DNA of 39,487 nucleotides, from positions 23,298,349-23,337,835 of the forward strand of contig NC_057718.1 in assembly GCF_004010195.1 (NCBI RefSeq), in the 5' to 3' direction. Source of the DNA: Chiloscyllium plagiosum. Its lineage: Eukaryota. Every line of letters begins with the position of its first letter. The first letter of the stretch is position 1. The notes beneath the pieces were generated by a model, which had not been told where the DNA came from, did not search any database, and worked only from the letters and a program-made list of their open reading frames with translations. Shown piece after piece: positions 24,550 to 35,550 of this stretch. The translations under genes and the position numbers were made by a program.

Positions 24550-25277
24550 TTCAGCAACAAACCCAAACAAGCAGAGAAAACACGTCCAGAAACCCTAGCC
24601 ACTCTCCCTTTCATCAAAGACATCTCGGAAATGACTGCCAGACTACTCCGACTCCTTAGCATCATGGTAGCCCACAAACCCACCAACACACTGAAACAGC
24701 AGCTAATGAACTTGAAAGACCCTATACAGACAATAATCAAAATTAATGTAATTTACAAAATACCGTGCAAGAACTGTAACAAACACTATATTGGACAAAC
24801 AGGCAGAAAACCAGCCACCAGGATACAGGAACATCAGCTAGCCACAAAACGACATGACCCTCTCTCACTAGTATCCTCACATACGGATGGGGAAGGGCAC
24901 CACTTTGACTAGGACAACACATCCATCCTAGGACAAGCTAAATAGAGACATGCACGAGAATTCCTAGAAGCATGGCATTCCAACTGGAACTCTACCAACA
25001 AACACGTTGACTTGGACCCAACTTACTAACCCCTGAGAAAAAGAACCGGAAATGACATCACCATAGGAAATGGCACCACCACAGGAAATGACATCACTAA
25101 CCCAAAGAAACCCAAACATATAAATAGAAAGCAGGAACATCAGCAGCGCTTTGTCTGGAGGCTCACTGAAGATGTTACCTAGTATAGTGACGAAACATCT
25201 GAAAACGAACCTTCCAGCTCAGCAAGCAAACTTATATCCAGAACCTCAACCTGAGCCACAAATCTTCTCAAAACTGG
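24550..25277 (+). mobile_element. Penelope-like element (Poseidon-type), 5'-truncated, with GIY-YIG endonuclease and 3' UTR
   Basis: TLPFIKDISEMTARLLR..NVIYKIPCKNCNKHYIGQTGRK..RIQEH..HHFD*DNTSILGQAK*RHAREFLEAWHS (two stops). TSD ctgtttaaaatt (24538-24549) / ctgtttgaaatt (25278-25289). Confidence 0.93.
25163..25202 (+). ncRNA. Minimal hammerhead ribozyme motif (PLE-associated)
   Basis: tca-CTGAAGA(25166-25172)-T-GTTAC-ctagtata-GTGAC-GAAA-CAT-C-tga. Stem I tca/tga; the ACGT palindrome has decayed to ACAT. Confidence 0.78.
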
Positions 25278-25574
25278 CTGTTTGAAATTCTTTCCAAAGG
25301 AAAAATAATAATAAATCTACATGATGCCAAGCAGACATTGTGTTTTTTTAAATTTTAAATTGTTCCCAGAATACTTTATTAAAAGTTAATGACTTGACTG
25401 CTGGTGTTCTATGTTATGCACCTAAGTTGAACACAGAACTACTGTTATCACCACAGGAAAAGTTGAAATGCAAAACATCTACAACAAACTAATCAATAAG
25501 AGCTAGATATGTGGATTCCAGTTCAAATGAGCGCATGGCAAGTCTAGAGCTGATGGACTGCACTTCTGAGTCGA

Positions 25575-26135
25575 TTTTGATTTGATTTGATTGATTGTTG
25601 TCACATATACCTAGGTACAGTGAAAAGTTTTGTTTTACGTGCAGTACAGGCAGATAACACCATACAAAGTGCATTAGGGTAATAGAACAGTTGATGGCTA
25701 CAGTGATGGCTGCAGAGTGGGTGCACAAAGAGCAAGGTCAATATTAAATTTAAAATTTGTGAGGTCCATTCAGTACTCTATGAATAGCAGGGAAGAAGCC
25801 GTTCTTGAATTCGATGATCCATGTATTTAAGCTTTTGTATCTTCTGCTCAACAGAAGTGTTTGGAAGAGATTAGACTGGTTGGACTGGGAGGGGTATTTG
25901 ATTGTGTTGGCTGCCTTTCCAAGGCAGTGAGAAATATAGATGGAGTCAATGGATGGAAGATTATTTTGTGTGATGGACTGGGCTGGGTTCACAACTCTGT
26001 AGTCTCTTACAGTCCTGGGCAGAGCAGTTACCTTACCATGCTGTGATGCATCTAGATAGAGTGCTTATTAGGTGCATCTATAAAACTTGGTAAGACTCTT
26101 TAAGGACATGCTGAATTTCCTTATCTTTCTGTGGA
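25575..26135 (-). mobile_element. REX1/Babar LINE 3' end
   Basis: ORF 25750..25992 AQSITQNNLPSIDSIYISHCLGKAANTIKYPS..LFQTLLLSRRYKSL..FKNGFFP..RVLN fits the REX1 C-terminal motif (LF.LLPSGRRYRS..NSFFP). (AAATC)n tail. Confidence 0.85.
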
Positions 26136-26887
26136 AGCAAGAATCCTGCAATCATTCCAGAAGAAATGCTTTGCCTTGTGGGAATTTTCTGGACATCATG
26201 AATAAGAGGATCAAATGGTCTTTTGTGAACAAACAGCAAACTTGTGGTGGGAAGATGACCATCCATTCTGACTGTTCCTGAGCACATCTTTCAAACCCCA
26301 GGTCAGCGGAATAATCAGATGATGGTGCTGCCATCAGAATGAATGATAGGATTGAGTGCCTGGAAGAATAGAATTGAATGATTTATTGTCACTTGCATTT
26401 TACAGTGATTTATACGGTGAAAAACTTCAACTATCGCCACAATTCGGCGTCATTTTGAACAGTTTAAGCATAAAAAGAGTACATAGGTATAACTGAAAGA
26501 GAGTCTGTCTTCGTTCTGCCACCTCACCACTGACACCTGCACCCCAGCCCTCCCTTGCCAATTCACTGTCGCTTGTGCTGGACCCACCAACGTGGCAGTC
26601 ACCCAAACTTTAGACCTCATCTCTTTGACACTGACCCCATCTCGCTCATGCTATGCCCTGTGCTGAGCCCATTTGGGCCCCACAACCAGGAGACCCTGAC
26701 TCCATTGCTGCCCCAATGATGCCAGGAGTTCCCACTCTGGGTATACCACACTACATCAGCACCAGGAGTCCCCACTCTGGGTATACCACACTACGAGAAA
26801 GTGAGGACTGCAGATGCTGGAGATCAGAGCTGAAAAATGTTTTGCTGGAAAAGCGCAGCAGGTCAGGCAGCATCCAAGGAGCAGGAG

Positions 26888-26923
26888 AATCGACGTTTCG
26901 GGCATAAGCCCTTCTTCAGGAAT
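26888..26923 (-). ncRNA. Minimal hammerhead ribozyme motif with an intact core
   Basis: Minus strand attc-CTGAAGA-A-GGGC-ttat-GCCC-GAAA-CGTC-gatt. Predicted cleavage after GUC at plus coordinate 26892. Confidence 0.85.
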
Positions 26924-27015
26924 GAGGAAGGTGTGCCAAGCAGGCTAGGGTAAAAGGTAGGGAGGAGGGACTTGGGGGAGGGGCATTAGGAATGCGATAG
27001 GTGGAAGGAGGTTAA

Positions 27016-27157
27016 NNNNNNNNNNNNNNNNNNNNNNNNNNNNNNNNNNNNNNNNNNNNNNNNNNNNNNNNNNNNNNNNNNNNNNNNNNNNNNNNNNNNN
27101 NNNNNNNNNNNNNNNNNNNNNNNNNNNNNNNNNNNNNNNNNNNNNNNNNNNNNNNNN
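27016..27157. other. Assembly gap (142 N)
   Basis: Run of N. Confidence 1.
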
Positions 27158-27766
27158 GCTCCTTGGATGCTGCCTGACCTGCTGCGCTTTTCCAGCAACA
27201 CATTTTTCAGTATACCATACTCCATCAGCACCAGGAGTCCCCACTCTGGGTATACCACACTACATCAGCACTCGGAGTCCCCACCCTGGGTATACCACAC
27301 TACATCAGCACCAGGAGTCCCCACTCCTGGGCCCAGTGCAAAGAGGGGTCCCTGGCTCTGCTGCTAGGCCCTGCTGCCACCCCAAGAGTTACCCCTCCGG
27401 TCACTATCCTCCATGAAGCCACCTTTGAGAAACCGCCACTGCCTCCAATCACTGGCAGCCCCTCACACCAGGAGGATGCCCCTGCTGTTGCTGCTACCTC
27501 CAACCACCAGCGGTCTCCACCACTTCACGCAGATCCTATTCTCACATCTGCACCGATGCTGTTAATTAACCCGCTAGAGAAAAGAAAAGCAAAAGAAAAA
27601 TGAAAGGAAAAAGGCAGAGTTTTAAATAAAAGCCTTTGTGCTACAGAACTGAAACATTGCTGAATGGGGGCAAGAAAGTGAAGCGCTTCATCTTGCACAC
27701 ATCAGAATGAGGACAGCAAGATACAGACTCAGCAAGAGGGACACTAAACAACAAACCTAAAGATGC

Positions 27767-28268
27767 TATAGGAAGGATGTTGTGAAACTTGAAAGGGCTC
27801 GGAAAGATTTGCAAGGATGTTGCCAGGGTTGGAGGATTTGAGCTATAAGGAAAGGTTGAATAGGCTGGGGCTATTTTCTCTGGAACATCAGAGGCTGAGG
27901 TTTGACCTTATCGAGGTTTATAAAATCATAACGGGAATGGATGGCATCAATAGACAAGATGTTTTGTCTGGAGTAAACTAGAGGGCATAGGTTTAAGATG
28001 AGTGGAAAGGCTTAAAGGGGACCTAAGAGGCAACTTTTTTTACGCAGAGGGTGGTGAGTGTATGGAATGAGGTGCCAGAGAAAGTGGTGGAGGCTGGTAC
28101 AATTTAAGCATTTAAAAGATGCCTGGATGGATATATGAATAGGAGGGTTTCAAGGGATATGGTCTAAATGCTGGTAAATGGGACTAGATTAATTTAGGAC
28201 ATCTGGTCGATATATGGATGAGTTGGACTGAAGGGTCTGTTTCCATGTTATACATCTCTATGACTATA
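27767..28268 (+). mobile_element. CR1 (HER1-like) LINE 3' end
   Basis: YRKDVVKLERARKRFARMLPGLEDLSYKERLNRLGLFSLE..; ends catctctatgactata. Same family as 10807-11454. Confidence 0.92.
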
Positions 28269-28269
28269 A

Positions 28270-28486
28270 GCGGAGATGCTGGAAAACAGAAACAATAACA
28301 AAAATAGAAATTGCTGGAAAAACTCAGCAGGTCTGGCAGAATCTGTACAGAGAAAGCAGAGCTAACGTTTCAGGTCCAGTGACCCATCCTCAGAATGGAG
28401 GAAGAAGGGTCATTGGACCCGAAACATTAACTTTGTTTTCTCTCCACAGATCCTGCCAGACCTGATGAATTTTTCCAGCAATTTTG
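28270..28486. mobile_element. PLE-derived hairpin element with two opposed hammerhead motifs
   Basis: Arms 28308-28391 and 28401-28484. Minus: att-CTGAGGA-T-GGGTC-actg-GACCT-GAAACGTT-agc (28361-28396). Plus: GAAGA-A-GGGTC-attg-GACCC-GAAACATT-aac (28401-28431). Tail 28270-28307 is on the left only. Confidence 0.88.
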
Positions 28487-29053
28487 AAAAAAAGAGGCAC
28501 CTTATAATGAAAAGGTAGCTGATTCATACCTCTAACTCATTGTATGCAAATAATGTAAGAAAAGAGCATTACAATTCCTAATTTATATTTACTGTATGTA
28601 AAGTTATCTCTATTGAAAATCTCTGGTATGTACATCCCCTATTATTCTTAATGTGTATTAATATAAGGTATGTATATTTATGTGTACCAACTGTGACAAG
28701 AAGAATTAAAGAATCTTTGTTTATTATATTTGATATCTTTTTATCATTGATCTCAAGCATAGTCCTGCTCTTGATAAGCTCAAAGTAATGTAATCGTTCA
28801 TGAGTTGAATGATAGGCATTGCATCCAATGAATAATTATGAGAGGTTTAAAGAAAGAAAATCTCTACATTACAAAACTGGATCCCATTCTAAGAAAAAAG
28901 CTAAAATTGTTGGTGTTGGAAATCTTAAATAAAAAACAGAGACTATTGGGATACACTCTGGGGCTTAGGTAGGATCTGGAGACAGATACATGAAGCCATA
29001 ATTTGCTACTGAACATCTATGTGATATGTTTATACTTTGTTACAGGACATCTA

Positions 29054-29254
29054 CAGGAAGTCCCTGACTTACAAATGTCCTGTACTTATGAACTGACCTC
29101 TGGCTTCTCATTTTTAAAAAATCCAAGTTACATACAATGTTTCATCCTAACGAATGGGCAGACTAATTAACCCATATCTGTTCGGACTTACACCAAAATT
29201 CGGCTTACAAACAACGGAAAAACTAGGACTCATTCATAACCTGGGGACTTGTTG
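29054..29254. mobile_element. Tc1/mariner (Tigger-like) MITE, decayed
   Basis: TA|CAGGAAGTCCCTGACTTACAAA ... TTCATAACCTGGGGACTTGTTG|CA imperfect TIRs, with internal (g)acttac/ggcttac subrepeats. Confidence 0.62.
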
Positions 29255-29260
29255 CATACG

Positions 29261-29599
29261 ATTAGAATCCCCACAGTGTGGAAACAGGACCTTTTGGGCC
29301 AACAGGTCCACACTGACCCTCTGAAGAGTAACCCACCCTGACCCATTCCCCTACCCTTTATTTACCCCTGACAAATGCATCTAACCTGCACATCCCTGAA
29401 CACTATGGGCAATTTATCATTGCCAATTCATCTAACCTGCACATCTTTGGATTGTGGAAGGAAACAGGAGCACTCAGAGGAAACCCACGCAGACACGGGG
29501 AGAATGTGCAAACTCCACACAGTCACCCAAGGCTGGAATCGCCCCCTGGTCCCTGGCACTATGAGGCAGTAGTGCTAAACACAGAGCCACTGAGCCACC
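29261..29599 (-). mobile_element. HE1-type V-SINE
   Basis: V-domain ggaaacccacgcagacacggggagaatgtgcaaactccacacag and a CR1-like 3' end. Confidence 0.92.
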
Positions 29600-30739
29600 A
29601 CTTGTTTTTCCATCCCTTGTTCCATTCTTTGTGGATCCAAATTGCTGCCTTTTATTGCACCAGCTTCTACAGCACCTGGGATAAAGTGATATTCAGCAGC
29701 AGTGAGATTTCAGTTTGGGAGGAGATATCTGATCTGGGGTATGCTGAGACTGGATGCAGAAAATGAGATGTTCCATTTCACAGGAATGGCATCTTTCATA
29801 TGAATGAATGCAGCATTGCATTTCCATGGAAATACTGAATTTGAGCTGGAATTCAGTCAAGCTACTAAAAGCTATTGAGGTCTGAAACAGCGTTAATGTT
29901 CACACAAAACAATAATGAGTACCAACAGGAATTGAAGAGCTGCCTGAGAACATTACACATGATCTGAATGTTTAAAAAAATTGATTCTCACAATATTCAG
30001 TTTGCAGTAGTCACTAAGTAGATATATATATAGACGCTACTTATCTTATATTTGGTACGTCTTGTGTTTCAGTAGATAGTGCCCCTGACTCTGAGCCAGA
30101 AGTTCTGAATTCAAGCTCCTCTTCAGGCCAAGTTTATCTTTGAGGAAGCATTCATGACATGGTTTAACAGTCGGTATCATCCTATTACCCTTCCAACACT
30201 TTCTCAAATAGCACAAAATGTGAGTGAAGAAATAAAATAAACAACTCATTATTTTTCTTTGTCCCTTTCATGGAATATAGCGTTGTAGGACATGCCTGCT
30301 CACTACACTGTATAAACTATTACTCGTGATGAAGATTTCTGTCACCATCACTTTTGAGTATAGGCCTCTACAGGGTTGGTATGGTACAAGAAAACCACTT
30401 CCCAGTCAAACTAGAAGGATCTCTAGTAGTTTATTGAATGTTAGCAACTAGCTACAGGCCACGTTGATATGGCAGAGGCTATGACGAGAACCAGATGTTT
30501 GGTTTCATTTTTTTGAGATCCTAAAATGTTCTGCCCACAAAACATCATAGTGAGTTGTTTTTATAGATGATCCATAACCCTATGTCTCCTCAGTATTTAC
30601 CTTTGCAGATCCGTATACAACAGCGAAAAAGCTGTCTTCCCAGTTTCCCTAGAAAGGGGTAGCCTGCTGGGTCATTTCACCAGGCAACTGGAGTTATGTG
30701 TAAGATGATCGAGGTGACATCAGGTTTTTTTTCTCGAAC

Positions 30740-30932
30740 AAGCATTAGAGAACAGATGGTGTTTTTAACAACAAATGTCATTATTGCCGCCACTGAGAAT
30801 AGTGTATAGTCCGGATTTACTAATTCAATTTAAACTTTACTCTCTGCCATGCTGGGATTTGAACCTTTGTCTCTTGAGAATTGAACTTGGCCTTCTGAAT
30901 TACTTGACCAGTCACATTATTACAATGCTACA
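30740..30932 (-). mobile_element. DeuSINE-like SINE 5' fragment
   Basis: ctgccatgctgggatttgaacc (B box on the minus strand) and similarity to 23590-23755. Confidence 0.5.
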
Positions 30933-31254
30933 CCTCTCTGTTTTGATATTCTGCACCCTGGAGGCCCCGTCTCTCTGTTCACACATCAAAATTGGTCCTT
31001 ACCACAGGCACACCTGTCTCTGCTTCCAACACAATTTGAAACATTTTTGTAATGATGGTTTGCATTGCCCTAAATAGGCTTTGCATGTAAATATCTAATT
31101 GGCTACACAGCTGTTTTACTGGTAGTGGTCAGTGTTTAAAAAAAGATTTAAAACATGTCACGGTGATTTTGGTGATGGGAAAGTCACCCAGTTGTGTGTG
31201 ATACCATTCCTAGGTATAAAAAAGGGCTTTTGCCAACGCAATGCACTGTTAACT

Positions 31255-31452
31255 TCATGGCTAGTTTGCAATGGCAGAGTTACATGAACAGTGCAAGTTC
31301 AATTCCCACAACAACTGAAGTTACCGTGACAGGTTCTCCTTCTCAAGCTTTTCCGCTTGCCTGAGGCATTGTGGTCCTTAGGTTAGACCACCATCAATTG
31401 TGTCTCCCTAATGAGAGAGCAGCTCTATGGTCTGGTAAAACTATGACAACAT
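31255..31452 (+). mobile_element. Unclassified tRNA-derived SINE, decayed
   Basis: B-box-like gttcaattcc, body, and 3' ctatggtctggtaaaactatgac. Confidence 0.4.
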
Positions 31453-31464
31453 CACCTTGAAAAA

Positions 31465-31562
31465 GGTTCTTGTAGTGCAGTGGTAATGTCCCTGCCTCTG
31501 GGACAGGAGAGTTAAGTTCAAGTTCCAGAGGTGTGCAACAACACCTTTGAACAGGTTGATTA
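31465..31562 (+). mobile_element. tRNA-derived SINE head, decayed
   Basis: ggttcttgtagtgcagtggtaatgtccctgcctctg..gttcaagttcc with A-box and B-box spacing; no valid cloverleaf. Confidence 0.45.
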
Positions 31563-31671
31563 TAAAAGAAGAGCTTTTTCCAAAGTCAGACCTTATTGGC
31601 CTATCATAAGTCTGAAAAGCATTTCAATACTTCCAGCAACAATTCCATCTCTTATGAATCCTGATTTAGAA

Positions 31672-31775
31672 GCATAGGAATTAGAAACAGGAGTAGGCAA
31701 TTCAACCCTTTGAGCCCACTCCACCATTTAACATGATCATGGCTGATCTTACTCTGATATCAACCACACTTTCAC
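31672..31775 (-). mobile_element. CR1 LINE 3' UTR fragment
   Basis: cataggaattagaaacaggagtaggcaattcaaccctttgagcc..atgatcatggctgatc; related to 16838-16975. Confidence 0.62.
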
Positions 31776-31888
31776 ATTGCCGCAGTTATCACCAATCTGC
31801 AGATGTTGGTAATGAAATTATCTACAGATTACCCTGGATGCTGAATTTTTCTGTTAAATGCTACCCTTTCAAGGATTTTGTTTGTTAA

Positions 31889-32172
31889 GGGCGGCACGGT
31901 GGCACAGTGGTTAGCACTGCTGCCTCACAATGCCAGAGACCTGCGTTCAATTCCCAACTCAGGCGACTGACTGTGTGGAGTTTGCACATTCTCCCCGTGT
32001 CTGCGTGGGTTTCCTCCCACAGTCCAAAGATATGCAGGTTAGGTGAATTGGCCATGCTAAATCGCCCGTAGTGTTAGGTAAAGGGGTAAATGTAGGGGTA
32101 TGGGTGGGTTGCGGGTCGGTGTGGACCTTGTTGGGCTGAAGGGCCTGTTTCCACACTGTAAGTAATCTAATC
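31889..32172 (+). mobile_element. HE1-type V-SINE with an internal deletion
   Basis: Same subfamily as 8655; lacks the segment between the two ggtttcctcc direct repeats of the V-domain. Confidence 0.93.
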
Positions 32173-33002
32173 AAAAAAGATTTAAGAAATTGTCAAAAGT
32201 TTAAATAACTTCTTCAAAAGAATCTGCCTGTCATTATATTTTGGTAATTTATAAAGTCATGTATTGTAGGTCCTACTGAATACAAAATGCATTTTTGTCC
32301 AGTTTGCAATTTAGCATTTGGTTTTGAAGCAATTATGCACCTTAAGAATTGTTTTCTCCAAGATGTTCATTCCTTTGTTACATTTGATCTGTCCCTGACA
32401 TAAAGTTTTTGTGCTAATATTATTTCCGTTTTCTTCTTAATGTTGTTATTTATTATTTTGTGTTCTTCTGTTGGCTTTTTGGTTGTGCGCAGCAAGTTGT
32501 TAAACTATTACAGCAACACTATTATTTTATTCTAATAAAGCTTCTGATTATGTAATATGGTACTGTTATAGTATTACTTCTTTTGCAGCTAATAATACCA
32601 ATTAATTAGCAGTTTGTAATCTTGTATTGTTTACTGGGGCTCTTCTTGTCTGTTTTTGCAATGAAAACAATAGTTTCCTTCTTGAGGCAAAATAGAAATT
32701 TTCTCTTTATATAGACTGACATTTCCTACTAATTCGTGGGCAAAATACATATTTTGCAGCCTGATTCACAATACAATCTTGTTCCTTGATTTTTTAGTTA
32801 ACATCTATGGCTTCGGCCTTAGTAAATCTTCTTGCTAAATTCACCACTAAAGCCATGTATCTTCTGATTTATCACAGTCTTAACACCCATCTAAATATCT
32901 TCTTCTACCAGACACTGTCTTCTGGATCATTTAGCTTGCCCTCTTATTGCCATAAGTGTGCCATGCAACATTTCCAATGCTGTGGCCTTGGTGTTACTTG
33001 TT

Positions 33003-33471
33003 TTGAAAGGATTCAGAAAAGATTTACAAGGAGTTGCCAAGGTTGGAGGATTTGAGCTATAAGGAGAGGTTGAATAGGCTAGGCTGTTTTCCCTGGAGTG
33101 TCAGAGGCTGAGGGGTGACCTTATAGAGGTTTATAAGATCACAATGGGCATGGATAGGATAAATAGACTAAGTCTTTTCCCTGGGCTGGGGGAGTCCAGA
33201 CTAGAAGGCATAGGTTTAGGGTGAGAGGGGAAAGATATAAAAGAGACCTAAGGGGCAATGTTTTCATGCAGAATGGAATGAGCTGCCAGAGGAAGTGGCG
33301 GAGGCTAGTACAATTGCAACATTCAAAAGGATGGGTATATGAATAGGAAGGGTTTGGAGGAATATGGGCTGGAAGCTGGCAGGTGAGACTAGATTAGGTA
33401 AGGATATTTGGTCGGCGTGGACAAGTTGGACTGAAGCATCTGTTTCCTTGCTGTACATCTCTATGGCTCTA
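33003..33471 (+). mobile_element. CR1 (HER1-like) LINE 3' end
   Basis: ERIQKRFTR..LEDLSYKERLNRL..RLRGDLIEVYKI; ends catctctatggctcta. Confidence 0.92.
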
Positions 33472-34014
33472 ACGGCCCTTGATTTCACATTATCATTTAT
33501 ATTTACTATGATGACGATGCTCCTTGTGAATGCCATGCTCATTTTTTAAAAACTTCCATTTTGGCTATTTGAGCCATTAGTTTGATGTTTTTCCCTTTGC
33601 AGGAATTTTTAGCCTTATTCAGATCAGGACTGCCCCTTCAGTTCCTTCTTCTTTAAGGACTCTGAAACTGCTTAGTCTGATTATTTGTTGTTAACTCTCT
33701 TGTAGTGCACACTGTGTTCTCTATGCACATTAACAGTTCTGAGCTGATGATTTTAGCCCAGAGTGCTGCTTTGCTCTTCTATTCCTTTCTTGAATTCTGT
33801 CAACTGCTTATCTGTTCAAACTCTTTGCAGTGGCTGACTGAGTGTCTCAGTGACATTCTTAAAATGGTAAAATTTCTTGTCTGCTGATTTTTTTTTTCAT
33901 CTGTATTGAACAAACTATTTTTTACCGTTGGTACCTTGAGATATTTAAGCAATGATTCCACTGCTGATCCCCATTTTGTATGTTTTCCTAAATCAACCAC
34001 TACCAGCTAATGCT

Positions 34015-34366
34015 TGTGAGGGAGTACTTCCACCAATCTTCCTGTCTGCCCTTTTCAAGTAAATATAAACCAGGAGAAAATATATATACTGGGTTTAATG
34101 GCATGTTTCATTAACAATGGTCGAGGATGACTCGATGATGACTCTTAACAAGAAGAGGCATGTATTTTCACAAGATGGAGTTCAAAGCATGTTTGCAATG
34201 GGTGCAAGTTACTAAGACTCTCAGGAACCAGGCACATCTGGCCTCGTCATGCTCTCAAAGTAGACTCCTTGAAGCTCCATCTATGACTGCCTGACATCAT
34301 GCACATTGATGGAGTTTAATTCAATCTCCAGCCTTAACCCTTTTAGAGTCAATACCTTATACAACA
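34015..34366 (-). mobile_element. Solo-LTR-like sequence
   Basis: Minus strand TGTTGTATAAG..AAAGGGTTAAGGC ... ATTAAA ... CCCTCACA (TG...CA ends). The start resembles 15868. TSD is not convincing. Confidence 0.45.
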
Positions 34367-35550
34367 GTGGTCTATATGGCTAAGGTGCACACACAGTTTT
34401 CAGGAAGGGATTCCAGTGATAATGAAGGAATGGAACTATTCTTTCAAGTCAGTGATGAGTGACTTGGTGGGGAACATGTAGACATTACCAGTTGTTGAGG
34501 AAGTACTTGGAAAGAACTGGAGAGAGATTAATTTTCTGCCTGGAGTCTCAGTCAGTGGGAACACGGTAAATCCCAAGTACTTTTTTTCAGTAATCAATTC
34601 GTGGCTGTTACAGGTTGAATGATTATTTAAAACATAATCAGTAAAAATAGTGAAATAGAATATAATTTTCAATAACAATGGTTGTGGCATTTCTTTATGG
34701 ATATCAGGAAGGAACAACTGTTGCATTTGTTGTCGATACGTAATTACCAGAGAATGCAGGACAAAATAAAATAACATTTTCAGGGTGTGTGGGATCAGAT
34801 GCATAACTCTAGAAAGTGGCATACAAGGTAAGTAAGATAATGGCTGGTGAAAACGGATTGGTCCGTGAACACAATGAAAGTATTGCTGTATAAATTTCTA
34901 GCTTGCTGGATGAAGTTGCCACCATCTCTTCCAGAGATAACAAAGGAAAGGTGATGCTGAGAACTTTAACTGGTCTAAATTCACAAAATATTAGAGGGCA
35001 AAGGGTTATTTTCTCTAATAGATATCTAGCAATGTGTTCCACAATATAAATGTTGCCAAGCATAAAATAAAACAAAAATCTATTGAAGCTACAACAAAAT
35101 TCATTGCTACTGAAAGTTGCACATTATTTGTTATCCTACTGTGTGACTGAAATATTTACGCTCCATCCAATGCCTGTGAAATAGGAATAACAATGAGCAT
35201 GAAGCATGAGATAATTTAATTTTTTTTTAAGTGTTGAAAATGTATGTTGGGATGGAATTGATTCCATTCTGTCCTCATTGCTACACAGAGGTACAGACTT
35301 GAAGCTGCTCTGTGATCATTGTTGTGTGGCATTCAAACTCATTCAATGAAATTGTGTGGCCTACCTTAGGAGAAAATTTGTCATGTCAGCCATTGGGGCC
35401 ATGAGACATTAAAAGGTAGCACTGGTTCAAGTTCTTTTGAGGACTGACTGAGGACTCCTCTATGAATGTCCAAATCAAGATTGGGCGCTGCATCGGCTGT
35501 TTTCTAAGTGGTTGGTGGTGCTGTATGCAAAGAGCAACCAACTTCCATAG

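Larger units (their letters stand above)
26795..27210 (-). mobile_element. Young PLE terminal repeat with an inverted partner across the assembly gap
   Basis: 27158-27210 is the reverse complement of 26830-26882. Tail 26795-26829 is on the left arm only. A 13-nt duplication tataccacactac / tataccatactcc flanks it. Confidence 0.85.
26722..27330. repeat. 40-bp minisatellite, split by a PLE insertion
   Basis: Unit ccaggagtccccactctgggtataccacactacatcagca at 26722, 26762 (partial), 27231, 27271 and 27311 (partial). Confidence 0.9.

Noticed and set aside
24415..24912. Longest ORF (165 aa) as a host gene
   Set aside because: It is a PLE endonuclease fragment with a fortuitous upstream start and premature stops.
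26722..27330. CRISPR-like array
   Set aside because: The units are contiguous with no unique spacers, and the context is eukaryotic; it is a minisatellite.
18420..28486. Endogenous viroid or retrozyme interpretation of the hairpin ribozyme elements
   Set aside because: The hammerheads are in inverted rather than tandem-direct arrangement, the motifs are the minimal PLE type, and the same architecture is attached to a GIY-YIG-coding PLE at 1-391.
30060..31562. tRNA genes at about 30060-30140 and 31465-31530
   Set aside because: A/B-box-like motifs are present but the acceptor and T stems do not pair; they are decayed SINE heads.
34784..34827. 44-nt candidate exon (cag|...AAG|gtaagt)
   Set aside because: The polypyrimidine tract is weak and the peptide is unrecognisable; such pairs are expected by chance.
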